A stretch of DNA of 32,000 nucleotides from Opitutales bacterium (GTDB taxonomy: Bacteria; Verrucomicrobiota; Verrucomicrobiia; Opitutales; UBA9783): the NCBI GenBank assembly GCA_024407725.1, contig JAKSVZ010000006.1, positions 1 through 32,000 on the forward strand. The letters run 5' to 3'. Under the pieces are notes generated by a model that saw only the letters and a program-made list of their open reading frames with translations, searched no databases and was not told the DNA's origin. The position numbers were made by a program, and so were the translations under genes. Positions 24,120-32,000 of the stretch are shown one piece after another (within the stretch, counting starts at the first letter, position 1; every line of letters starts with the position of its first letter).

Positions 24120-24163
24120 AGCTCTTAACAGAAAACCATTACAAATGATGCAGGTATCGTAAA

Positions 24164-24200
24164 GCTTTTATTTTGAAAACCGCAAGCGAAAAATAAAATG
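24164..24200. repeat. AT-rich imperfect inverted repeat in the rpsR/nusA divergent spacer
   Basis: gcttttatttt (24164-24174) and aaaataaaatgc (24189-24200) can pair over 11 bp with one bulged base. The loop is 14 nt. Confidence 0.5.
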
Positions 24201-24330
24201 CTGCCTTTCATCCACCCTATCCATTCTCCCACCCCACTCCGCTGAACGCTTTTCTTAAGCTCATCTGGGCTTACTTGGGGAAAGTTTGACAAATAGCGTC
24301 TGATTTTATTGAGTAAGGGCAATAGTTTTT

Positions 24331-25599
24331 ATGAAAGACGATCTGTTGCCCATTTTTGAATACATGGAACGCGAAAAAGGTATTAGCCGCGAAGACATGA
24401 TCGCTGCGATTGTTAATGCCATTAAAAAAGCTGCCCTGAAAGACAATCAGGATGCGAAAGAAATTCGTGTAGACATCGATCCAAAAACCGGAGTTTTACA
24501 AGCCTATGCTCAGTATAAAGTCGTAGATTCGGTTCTTAACGACAACATCGAAATACATATCAGTAAGGCTTTGAAGAAACACCCAAAAGCCAAACTGGGG
24601 GACATTATAGAAGAACCGCTTAAATTAGAATCGTTGGGACGTATTGCAGCGCAAACGGTTCGTCAAATGATCAACCAAAGCGTTCGTCGTTTTGAAAAAG
24701 AGCATATTTACGAACAATTCCAAGATCGGGTAGGCACTATCATCCAAGGGGTGATGCGCTACAGCGAACATGGGAATTTAATCATCGATTTCGGAAAAGC
24801 AGAAGGAACCTTGTTTCATAAACAGGCTATTTGGTCCGATAAATTCCAACCCGGCGATCCCGTTGATTGCTTATTACAAAGCATCAAGGAAACCCCTCAT
24901 GGTCCTGAATTGGTATTATCCCGTACCGCACCAGCCTTTGTTATTAAATTATTAGAGCGCGAAATCCCAGAACTCGTTTCGGCAGATGGACGCCCTGCAC
25001 GTATTCAAATCAAAGCCATTGTAAGAGACCCTGGGTATAGAACCAAAATTTGCGTTACATCGCCCGATTCTAGCATTGATCCCGTTGGTGCGTGCATCGG
25101 ATCGCACGGCTCACGCATTAAATGCGTTCTTAAAGCATTAGGGGAACAGGAAAAGATCGACATTATCCGTTATTCGGATGACCTGCGTACCTTTATTAAT
25201 GAAATTACACGGCCAGCAGTTCCCCAATCCCTATCGATTGATGATGCCGCGCACACAATCCAATTTCAATTACCTGAAAAAGACTTCGCTATTTTCGTAG
25301 GTAAAAGCGGACGCAATCTAAAGTTAGCAAGTCAATTGCTCGGATACGAAATCAAAGTAGAGCACGCGGATAGCATCAACCTAAGCTTTGAAGATAAAAA
25401 GATTCAAGCGATGCAAACATTGATCCAATTTACAGGTATATCAGATGCAGCCGCCGCTAAATTGGTAGACATAGGTATCAATAGCCCAGAAGTACTGAGT
25501 AGCTTAACCGCCGATGATTTTAAGGCTGCCGAACTCAACATGGAGGATTACGATAAGATCATCAATAAACTTCAAGCTCAAGGGAAGCAAAGCAACTAG
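24331..25599 (+). CDS. nusA: transcription termination/antitermination factor NusA
   Basis: 422 aa. The N-terminus MKDDLLPIFEYMEREKGISREDMIAAIVNAIKKA is NusA-like. It has an S1-like region, KH-region motifs (DPVGACIGSHGSRIK) and a C-terminal HhH-like region. It sits upstream of infB. Confidence 0.92.
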   Translation: MKDDLLPIFEYMEREKGISREDMIAAIVNAIKKAALKDNQDAKEIRVDIDPKTGVLQAYAQYKVVDSVLNDNIEIHISKALKKHPKAKLGDIIEEPLKLESLGRIAAQTVRQMINQSVRRFEKEHIYEQFQDRVGTIIQGVMRYSEHGNLIIDFGKAEGTLFHKQAIWSDKFQPGDPVDCLLQSIKETPHGPELVLSRTAPAFVIKLLEREIPELVSADGRPARIQIKAIVRDPGYRTKICVTSPDSSIDPVGACIGSHGSRIKCVLKALGEQEKIDIIRYSDDLRTFINEITRPAVPQSLSIDDAAHTIQFQLPEKDFAIFVGKSGRNLKLASQLLGYEIKVEHADSINLSFEDKKIQAMQTLIQFTGISDAAAAKLVDIGINSPEVLSSLTADDFKAAELNMEDYDKIINKLQAQGKQSN

Positions 25600-25619
25600 T
25601 AAGTAATTAAAAACGCGCC

Positions 25620-27794
25620 ATGACCGTTAGCATTTATCAATTAGCTCATCAACTGCATAAGGATATTAAAAGTGTCCGCTTATTGATTAAACAGCACGGT
25701 ATTGCACTACCAGATACGGCTTCTACCCTATCGGATACCGACGCAAATGCGTTATTGAAGAAGGTACAAAGCAATACTCAATCAGCTCCTGTTGCTTCTC
25801 CTGCGCTCAAAAAACCTTTAATGGGGAGCGCTCCTGTACGCATTGCCTCCCCTAAAAACCTAGGGGGTTCTCAATCCATAACCGCCTTAAATGCGTTTAA
25901 GAAAAGCTTTGCGCCGGCTGCACCCATCGCTGCTCGCCCCGCACCCATAACTGCTCCAAAAGCTGTTACAAAGCCCGAAAACACACCAAGCGCAGCAGGT
26001 TCGGTTACAAAGGATGCTGTCAAAACAGACCAAAATCGGGTCATAAAGCCCCCAATTACCTTAACCGAGCTGGCCAACCTATTAGGGGTTAAGCCCTTTA
26101 CCCTCATTAGGGATTTAATGGATCAAAAGATTTTTGCATCCATGGGGCAGGTTTTGGACGAAAATGGCTTAAAAGTACTAGCAGATAAGTATAACTTTAC
26201 GGTTGAAACCAAACGCCGTTCTCAGGAACGCAAAGTTCAACCAGCTCCTGTTAAACCCAAAGTTGAACCGTCCGAGCACTTAGAGCCACGCCCACCGATT
26301 GTGTGCATTTTAGGCCACGTCGACCACGGGAAAACTACCCTGTTAGATACATTGCGTAAAGCCAATGTGGCCGCCAAAGAAGCGGGTGGAATCACCCAAC
26401 ACATTGGAGCTTATCAAGTAGAGGTAGAAGGGAAAAAGATTACCTTCCTCGATACTCCGGGACATGCCGTATTTTCAAACATCCGCCAACGCGGAGCAAC
26501 CGTAACCGACATCATCATTTTGGTTGTTGCGGCTGATGATGGCTTTATGCCTCAAACCAAAGAATCCCTGCAATTGGCGCAAAAAGAAAACGTACCTGTG
26601 GTGGTTGCCATCAACAAAATGGATGTTAAGGGCGCCAACATTGATCGCATTAAACAACAGATGCAAGCAAACGGGATTGCCCCCGAAGAATGGGGAGGCG
26701 ATACGCTATGCACTGAAATTTCGGCTCTCAAAGGAACCAACCTTGATAAATTACTCCAGTTGGTGTTATTGCAGGCTGAAATGATGGAGTTAAAAGCCAA
26801 TCCTAAAGGAACACCGGAAGGCGTGGTAGTTGAATCCCGCATGGAAGAAGGTCAAGGGATTGTAACAACCGCCATTATTACCAGCGGAACGTTAAAGGCA
26901 GGAGATGCGCTTGTTAGCGGCGCTCATGTCTGCAAAGTTCGCTGTTTGTTGGATGAACATGGCAAGCGCATGGCTCAAGCTACACCGGCAACACCCGTTC
27001 AAATTACGGGATGGGTCACCATGCCTTCTGCAGGCTGTACCTTCCGAGGCTCTAAAAACGAAAAAGAAGCCCGTAAGGAAGCAGAAGCATGCGAGCGCGA
27101 ACTGAAACAGAACCAAAGCAACAATGTTCATAAAATTTCCAGCGTTGAGGATTTGATGGCTGCTATGGAAACCCAGCAGCAAAAAACTCTGAAAATCCTG
27201 CTTCGTTCCGACGTCCATGGTAGTTTAGAGGCGCTAGAAGCCTGCCTAAAGAGCATTCATAGCGATAAGGTGGCGCTCAATATTATCGATACGCGCGTCG
27301 GACAAATTACGCTCAACGATATTCAAACCGCCCATGCGGGTAAAGCGATTATCGTTGGATTCAACACTAAACCAGCGAATGGCGTGCAAGCCGCAGCTAA
27401 GCAAAAGGGTGTGCGCATGATTCAGCATAACATTATCTACGAACTCATTGAGCAGGTAAGAAATGCCATGCGTGAATTGCTGGATCCTGAATGGAGCGAA
27501 ACCAAGCTTGGTTCAGCCGAAATCCGTAAGGTTATTACTTTATCTAAAGGTACGGTTGCCGGATGTATGGTGGTATCGGGACAAATCGTTCGCGATGCGT
27601 TTGTCCGCTTGATTCGCAAAGGAAAAATCATTACCGAAACCAAAGCTTATACCCTCAAACACTTCAAGGATTATGTGGCAGAAGTAAAATCCGGAAACGA
27701 ATGTGGAATTGGATTGGAAGACGCTGCATCCGATTGCCAAGAGGGTGATTTGATTGAATGCTACAAGAAGGTTTCAAGTTTGCCGGAATTATGA
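25620..27794 (+). CDS. infB: translation initiation factor IF-2
   Basis: 724 aa. The N-terminal part is Ala/Pro-rich. The GTPase motifs are [17 protein letters not shown] and NKMD. The C-terminal domains are conserved. Confidence 0.95.
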   Translation: MTVSIYQLAHQLHKDIKSVRLLIKQHGIALPDTASTLSDTDANALLKKVQSNTQSAPVASPALKKPLMGSAPVRIASPKNLGGSQSITALNAFKKSFAPAAPIAARPAPITAPKAVTKPENTPSAAGSVTKDAVKTDQNRVIKPPITLTELANLLGVKPFTLIRDLMDQKIFASMGQVLDENGLKVLADKYNFTVETKRRSQERKVQPAPVKPKVEPSEHLEPRPPIVCILGHVDHGKTTLLDTLRKANVAAKEAGGITQHIGAYQVEVEGKKITFLDTPGHAVFSNIRQRGATVTDIIILVVAADDGFMPQTKESLQLAQKENVPVVVAINKMDVKGANIDRIKQQMQANGIAPEEWGGDTLCTEISALKGTNLDKLLQLVLLQAEMMELKANPKGTPEGVVVESRMEEGQGIVTTAIITSGTLKAGDALVSGAHVCKVRCLLDEHGKRMAQATPATPVQITGWVTMPSAGCTFRGSKNEKEARKEAEACERELKQNQSNNVHKISSVEDLMAAMETQQQKTLKILLRSDVHGSLEALEACLKSIHSDKVALNIIDTRVGQITLNDIQTAHAGKAIIVGFNTKPANGVQAAAKQKGVRMIQHNIIYELIEQVRNAMRELLDPEWSETKLGSAEIRKVITLSKGTVAGCMVVSGQIVRDAFVRLIRKGKIITETKAYTLKHFKDYVAEVKSGNECGIGLEDAASDCQEGDLIECYKKVSSLPEL

Positions 27795-28189
27795 CCAATT
27801 TGCGCATCATTCGGGTGAATGAGTTACTCAAACGCGTTATTGGCGATTATTTGCTTAAGCATTACGCATCGGAAGCCATGAGTATCACTATTACACACGT
27901 GACCGCTGCGGATAACTTAAAAGTCGCTGATGTCTATTTTTCCGTCTATCAAATAGAGCAGAAAGAACAAGCACTTAAGTTGCTCATCAAACTCCGCAAA
28001 AACATACAGGACGCTATTGGGAAAGAAGTACGGATGAAACAAACCCCACGGCTTTCGTTCGTATGGGATAAGGAGCTGCAAAAAGCTCACCGTACCTTTG
28101 CCTTGTTACAAGAAGTTGACCAGTCATTGCCCGAAAGCGCTCCCACAAGTTTTGGAAGTACCCTACCCCCTCCTAATGAACTCCGCTAA
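27791..28189 (+). CDS. rbfA: ribosome-binding factor A
   Basis: [21 protein letters not shown]...ITITHVTAADNLKVADVYFSV...TPRLSFVWD. The ATG at 27791 overlaps the infB stop (ATGA). The ORF-track start at 27758 lies inside infB and is less likely. Confidence 0.85.
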   Translation: MTNLRIIRVNELLKRVIGDYLLKHYASEAMSITITHVTAADNLKVADVYFSVYQIEQKEQALKLLIKLRKNIQDAIGKEVRMKQTPRLSFVWDKELQKAHRTFALLQEVDQSLPESAPTSFGSTLPPPNELR

Positions 28190-29621
28190 CGATTCTTTTT
28201 TTGATACCCCTTCCGCATTTCAAACGGCTTTCAAGGAGCTCAATCCTTCTATTAATGACCTTTTGAAGTGCTTAAATCCTGACCAACAGCAGCATTTTTG
28301 GTCTTCGGCGCAACAAGTACCCTTAAACGAATGGAAGCGCTTAATCAACACACTAAGCGAAACCGCTGAGGAATTAGATGGAACGCATTGGGTTGAGCCA
28401 ACCAGCTTGCATCCTGACACCCTAGCTGCTCAGGGATATGACCCCCAAAGCACGTTACAAGCAGGAATCGGTTGCTTCAGTAAGGGAACCGTTGCATTTT
28501 TAACCGTTGCCGGTGGATTGGGCTCACGCTTAGGATTTAACGGCCCCAAAGGGTTGGTTCCCGTAACCCCCCTACAGCATAAACCGCTTTATCAGGTTTT
28601 TTCCGAAAAGCTACAAGCGCTTCAACGCCGCTACCAACGTCCTTTCCATTGGTTTATTATGACCAGTGAAGAAACCGATGCCGCTACGCAAAACGCCTTT
28701 GCTGAACAAGCGTGGTACGACCCGCATTATATTCACTTTTTCAAACAAGGCAGCATTCCTGCGTTTTTGAAGGATGGTCAGTGCGCTTTAAAAGAAGATG
28801 GCAGCATTTGTTTTCTACCCAATGGACATGGTGGGTTGTTTAAAGCCTTAGAACACGCTGGGTACATCGAGCTTTTCAAGTCCTTAGGAATTACATCGAT
28901 TTATTATTTTCAAGTAGATAATCCCCTGATTCATTTGGACGACCCCCTGTTTTTAGGCACTCACTGCTTATCCCAATCCTCTTTTTCAACCAAAGTCGTG
29001 GTTAAAACCGACCCACAAGAACGCGTAGGATTGTTGGTGCAGGACTACGGTCAATTGCGGCTGATTGAGTACAATCAATTTCCCGAAGCCTTATCGCAAG
29101 AAGTGACCGCAACAGGCGCGCTTCGTTACCGCTTTGGAAACACCGGAATCCATCTCATTACAACCGATTTTATTCAAAAATGCGCGCAATTGGCACTTCC
29201 TTACCATGTGTGTCGGAAAAAAATACCTGTTTGGGATCCTCAATCTCAAACGACCTACACAACCGAAGGTTATAAGTTAGAACAGTTCATTTTTGATGTA
29301 TTACCGGTCGCTACCCGCCCGCTTTTATGGGAAGTAGACCGCAAAGATGAATTTAGTCCGGTTAAAAATGCTGTTGGTAAGGATACGCTCGAAACCTGTC
29401 AGCGCGACCAAATCAATCGCTGGCATCGGTGGCTTCAAGCAGTTGGGGAACCGCTCGAATTAAGCGCTAGCGACAGCGAGCCTTCAACAAATCTGCCGAC
29501 GCCCCTCATGGAAATTGGCGCGTTATTTGCTGATAATCAAGTAGATTTCATTCAAGCTTGGAAACGGCTGAATCCGAAACCTAAAACCTTACAGGGATTG
29601 TATTTGCATGACGCATCTTAA
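28176..29621 (+). CDS. UDP-sugar pyrophosphorylase, UDPGP family (eukaryote-type UTP:hexose-1-P / GlcNAc-1-P uridylyltransferase)
   Basis: VAFLTVAGGLGSRLGFNGPKGLVPVT is the L(x)2GGQGTRLG...PKG signature. It is followed by PNGHGGLF and YYFQVDNPL. ATG 28176 overlaps the rbfA stop by 14 nt and is preferred over the ORF-track start at 28098. Confidence 0.8.
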   Translation: MNSANDSFFDTPSAFQTAFKELNPSINDLLKCLNPDQQQHFWSSAQQVPLNEWKRLINTLSETAEELDGTHWVEPTSLHPDTLAAQGYDPQSTLQAGIGCFSKGTVAFLTVAGGLGSRLGFNGPKGLVPVTPLQHKPLYQVFSEKLQALQRRYQRPFHWFIMTSEETDAATQNAFAEQAWYDPHYIHFFKQGSIPAFLKDGQCALKEDGSICFLPNGHGGLFKALEHAGYIELFKSLGITSIYYFQVDNPLIHLDDPLFLGTHCLSQSSFSTKVVVKTDPQERVGLLVQDYGQLRLIEYNQFPEALSQEVTATGALRYRFGNTGIHLITTDFIQKCAQLALPYHVCRKKIPVWDPQSQTTYTTEGYKLEQFIFDVLPVATRPLLWEVDRKDEFSPVKNAVGKDTLETCQRDQINRWHRWLQAVGEPLELSASDSEPSTNLPTPLMEIGALFADNQVDFIQAWKRLNPKPKTLQGLYLHDAS

Positions 29622-31563
29622 TGTAACCGCTTCTGTCGAAGAAGCACTTCATAACCACCAACTCTCCTCATCGGCCGCTCAATTTATTTGCCAATTTCTC
29701 GCTATGCCTGACTTGCCCAATTGGGCATCAGATAGCTTGCATGAGCTCATTGAACAGCAGCAATGGCATGAGTTAAACGAACGCTTTTTCAAAATCATTG
29801 CGTTTGGAACGGCTGGAATGCGCGGACGCACCATTGGTTCGGTCACTACAAGCGCAGAAAAATCAGGCAATTCCTACCAGCATGCAGCCGTTGGGACTTA
29901 CTGCATCAACGATTTCAACGTTATACGGGCGACCCTTGGACTATTTGCTTACTGCAAACAGCACTTTAGCGATTATCCGCGCCCCCCATCCTTGGTTATT
30001 TCTTACGATTCACGCTATTTTTCAAAACACTTTTGTGAACTCACCGCATCAACTTGGTTAAAATCAGGCGGAATCGTTTATATTTTTAATGGCCCACGAT
30101 CAACGCCCCAATTAAGTTTTTCGGTACGTTATCTAAGAGCCACAGCGGGCGTTATGATTACCGCTAGCCACAATCCCTTTTACGATAACGGCTATAAGGT
30201 GTATTTGGAGGACGGCGCGCAAATCAATGGTTCCTGTGCCGATGGCATTATCAAGTCAATCGAGCAAGTATCTTACGAAGCCACTCCTCCATTTTTAACA
30301 CCCTCTATCGATGGCTGTTTCTATGTCCCCGAAAGCGTTGAACAAGCGTATCGCGAAACCTGCAAAAGCGTCCTATTAGACACCCAATTGTTGGCGGACA
30401 AAAGCTGCGCTCCCAAGGTGGTTTATACGCCCTTGCACGGCACTGGCTCGGTTTGCATCATGCCCCTCATGAAAGAGCTAAGCGGGTCATTTCAAATCGT
30501 TGAATCGCAAAAAGAATTCAACGGCGCATTCCCTAACCTTACCACGCTTGACCCAAGCAACCCAAGCGCATTGGCCGTTGCGTTGGAGGAAGCCAAAAAA
30601 AGCCAAGCGGATGGTATTATTGCAACCGATCCGGACGGGGATCGCATGGCAATGATGCTGAAGGATGCGCAAGGGCAATGGCAACTGTTAAGCGGCAATA
30701 CCATTGCAGTGCTATTGACTGAATACCGTTTAACCACGCTCATGAAATTAGGGCGTATTCCTCCCAAAGGCGCCAAGCTTGCGATTATCAAATCCTTTGT
30801 AACCACCCCCCTACTCGATGCTATTGCAAACACCAATGGAATCCGTTGCATCAATACCCACACGGGCTTTAAGTGGATTGGGGGTAAATTGCTCCGTTAT
30901 GAGCAGCAATGGTTGCAGCATGAACTGGCTACGCAAGGTATTCAGGTGGATTATATGCGATGCACGCCGGAAGCTCGATTTAACAACTTACTGCGCCACT
31001 CAACTGCTCTCCTGTTGTCAGCCGAAGAAAGCAGTGGATTTTTGGCCAATGATGCGGTACGGGATAAGGATGGCAATGCAGCTACCTTAATGGCTTACGA
31101 ACTGATTGCGTTCTTCAAGCGCGAAGGTATCGCCTTTTCCGATTACCTCAATACTATTTATCGAAAATACGGTTATTTCAAAGAGGCGCTGTTAAGCCAC
31201 ACGTTTGAAGGATCAGAGGGTATGGCAAGCATTCAAGCGTTGATGCGCTCTTATCGGCAACAACCTCCGGCTACCATTGCACAACAGGCGGTTAAAGAAA
31301 GTATTGATTATCTCAACGAGCACAATGCAAACGATGAAGATGGCGAACGGGTTCCCAAAGCCGACTTTATCCGATTCCGCCTAGCCAATAACTTTGAAGT
31401 AGCTGTGCGCCCCAGCGGAACTGAACCAAAAATCAAATGGTATCTGTTCGGGACAGCTCCGGTTAACAATGGGGATGTAAGCGCTGCCCAACAAAGCGTT
31501 AAGGAGCAACTTGAGGCGATTAAAACCGCAATCGAACAAAACATCCAAAGGCGTTTGGGATAA
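29608..31563 (+). CDS. alpha-D-phosphohexomutase (phosphoglucomutase/phosphomannomutase family)
   Basis: 651 aa. The active-site loop is GVMITASHNPFYDNGYK, the Mg site is ATDPDGDR and the sugar loop is AEESSGF. RPSGTEPKIK lies near the C-terminus. It overlaps the upstream gene by 14 nt. Confidence 0.88.
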   Translation: MTHLNVTASVEEALHNHQLSSSAAQFICQFLAMPDLPNWASDSLHELIEQQQWHELNERFFKIIAFGTAGMRGRTIGSVTTSAEKSGNSYQHAAVGTYCINDFNVIRATLGLFAYCKQHFSDYPRPPSLVISYDSRYFSKHFCELTASTWLKSGGIVYIFNGPRSTPQLSFSVRYLRATAGVMITASHNPFYDNGYKVYLEDGAQINGSCADGIIKSIEQVSYEATPPFLTPSIDGCFYVPESVEQAYRETCKSVLLDTQLLADKSCAPKVVYTPLHGTGSVCIMPLMKELSGSFQIVESQKEFNGAFPNLTTLDPSNPSALAVALEEAKKSQADGIIATDPDGDRMAMMLKDAQGQWQLLSGNTIAVLLTEYRLTTLMKLGRIPPKGAKLAIIKSFVTTPLLDAIANTNGIRCINTHTGFKWIGGKLLRYEQQWLQHELATQGIQVDYMRCTPEARFNNLLRHSTALLLSAEESSGFLANDAVRDKDGNAATLMAYELIAFFKREGIAFSDYLNTIYRKYGYFKEALLSHTFEGSEGMASIQALMRSYRQQPPATIAQQAVKESIDYLNEHNANDEDGERVPKADFIRFRLANNFEVAVRPSGTEPKIKWYLFGTAPVNNGDVSAAQQSVKEQLEAIKTAIEQNIQRRLG

Positions 31564-31621
31564 TGGCATCTTTTGAGCTTACCACTGAAGTAACTACACA
31601 AATCGTTAGCTGTTGAACTCT

Positions 31622-32000
31622 ATGAATTGGGATGCGTTTCAAAAACAGTTTATACCCCTACCTAACTTAGACATGGCTTTGGATACCAGCCGAGTTAAGT
31701 TTACAAACGACTTTCTGCAATCCTTTCAGCCTAAAATCACGAAAGCACTGGAAGACATGGAAGGTCTTGAAGCAGGTGCCATCGCTAATCCCGATGAACA
31801 TCGGCAGGTAGGCCATTATTGGTTACGCAACTTCTCACTGGCGCCAACAACCAGTATTTACGACGAATTGAAGCACAATTGGGAACAACTGCACACGTTT
31901 ATCCATTCGGTGCTTCAGGATAAGCCTTTTACCCATTTACTGTGCATCGGAATTGGAGGATCGGCGCTCGGTCCCCAATTGCTCATTGACGCCCTAGAGC
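31622..32000 (+). CDS. pgi: glucose-6-phosphate isomerase (N-terminal part, runs off the window)
   Basis: The ORF track does not list it because it runs off the edge. My translation from ATG 31622 is MNWDAFQKQF...LEAGAIANPDEHRQVGHYWLRN...LLCIGIGGSALGPQLLIDALE. This matches PGI N-terminal signatures. Confidence 0.85.
   Translation, partial: MNWDAFQKQFIPLPNLDMALDTSRVKFTNDFLQSFQPKITKALEDMEGLEAGAIANPDEHRQVGHYWLRNFSLAPTTSIYDELKHNWEQLHTFIHSVLQDKPFTHLLCIGIGGSALGPQLLIDALE

Noticed and set aside
24125-24322. 65-aa minus-strand ORF filling the rpsR/nusA spacer
   Set aside because: It occupies a divergent promoter region and has no ribosome-binding site or recognisable family. It would leave no room for the nusA and rpsR promoters. 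It is probably spurious, although I cannot exclude it without expression data.
21651-24330. Replication origin hypothesis for the AT-rich island or the divergent strand switch at about 24.2 kb
   Set aside because: I found no cluster of TTATCCACA-like DnaA boxes. The best match is a single one-mismatch TTATCCATA on the minus strand near 22589-22597. There is no dnaA or dnaN nearby. The strand switch is explained by ordinary divergent operons. A genome-wide GC-skew calculation would be needed to revisit this.
25871-27748. Multiple 60-108-aa ORFs on both strands within infB
   Set aside because: All are nested in the intact IF-2 frame with canonical GTPase motifs. They have no independent support.
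1-32000. Scan for CRISPR arrays, tRNA/rRNA/tmRNA/RNase P/SRP RNA signatures, and IS elements or transposases
   Set aside because: I saw no regularly spaced repeats and no GGTTCGAATCC-type T-loops with acceptor stems. I saw no conserved RNase P or SRP motifs and no transposase-like ORFs. This was a search by eye. tRNAscan-SE, Infernal and ISEScan runs would be definitive.

Overview
This is a 32-kb chromosomal window with dense, mostly housekeeping coding. I saw no rRNA, tRNA, CRISPR array or transposase. The gene content points to a Gram-negative, probably host-dependent bacterium. It has an NTT/TLC-type ATP/ADP translocase, LptD, a SurA-like chaperone, a pseudopilin with the G|FTLTE prepilin motif and a eukaryote-type UDP-sugar pyrophosphorylase. 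That set looks chlamydia-like or PVC-like, but this is inference only.

Layout:
- 1-5741: a truncated minus-strand ORF at the window edge, then a plus-strand run of pseudopilin-like protein, mutY, a zinc-ribbon protein, a short GspE/PilB-like ATPase, an exported protein and ychF.
- 6027-24119: all minus strand. SurA-like, rpsT, a type I R-M cassette (hsdR intact, hsdS and hsdM each broken once), xerD, a DAACS symporter, pepP, a CysJ-like reductase, lptD, the NTT translocase, a 1.26-kb AT-rich ORF-poor island, a frameshifted sua5/tsaC and rpsR.
- 24331-32000: plus strand. nusA-infB-rbfA fused by overlaps to a UDP-sugar pyrophosphorylase, a phosphohexomutase and pgi (partial).

Most noteworthy:
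1. The non-coding island at 21651-22907 carries two families of repeated sigma70-like promoter modules arranged as tandem convergent pairs. It may encode sRNAs or an antisense or type-I-TA-like locus.
2. sua5/tsaC is split at an A9 tract.
3. hsdM and hsdS are each restorable by adding one A/T at a short homopolymer. hsdS also has a 12-bp x2 repeat at the position that sets spacer length in type IC enzymes.
4. A perfect-consensus TTGACA-17-TATAAT promoter at 5853-5881 has no ORF downstream.

I found no clearly novel multi-gene protein system. All functional calls rest on motif and family recognition by eye, not on database searches.
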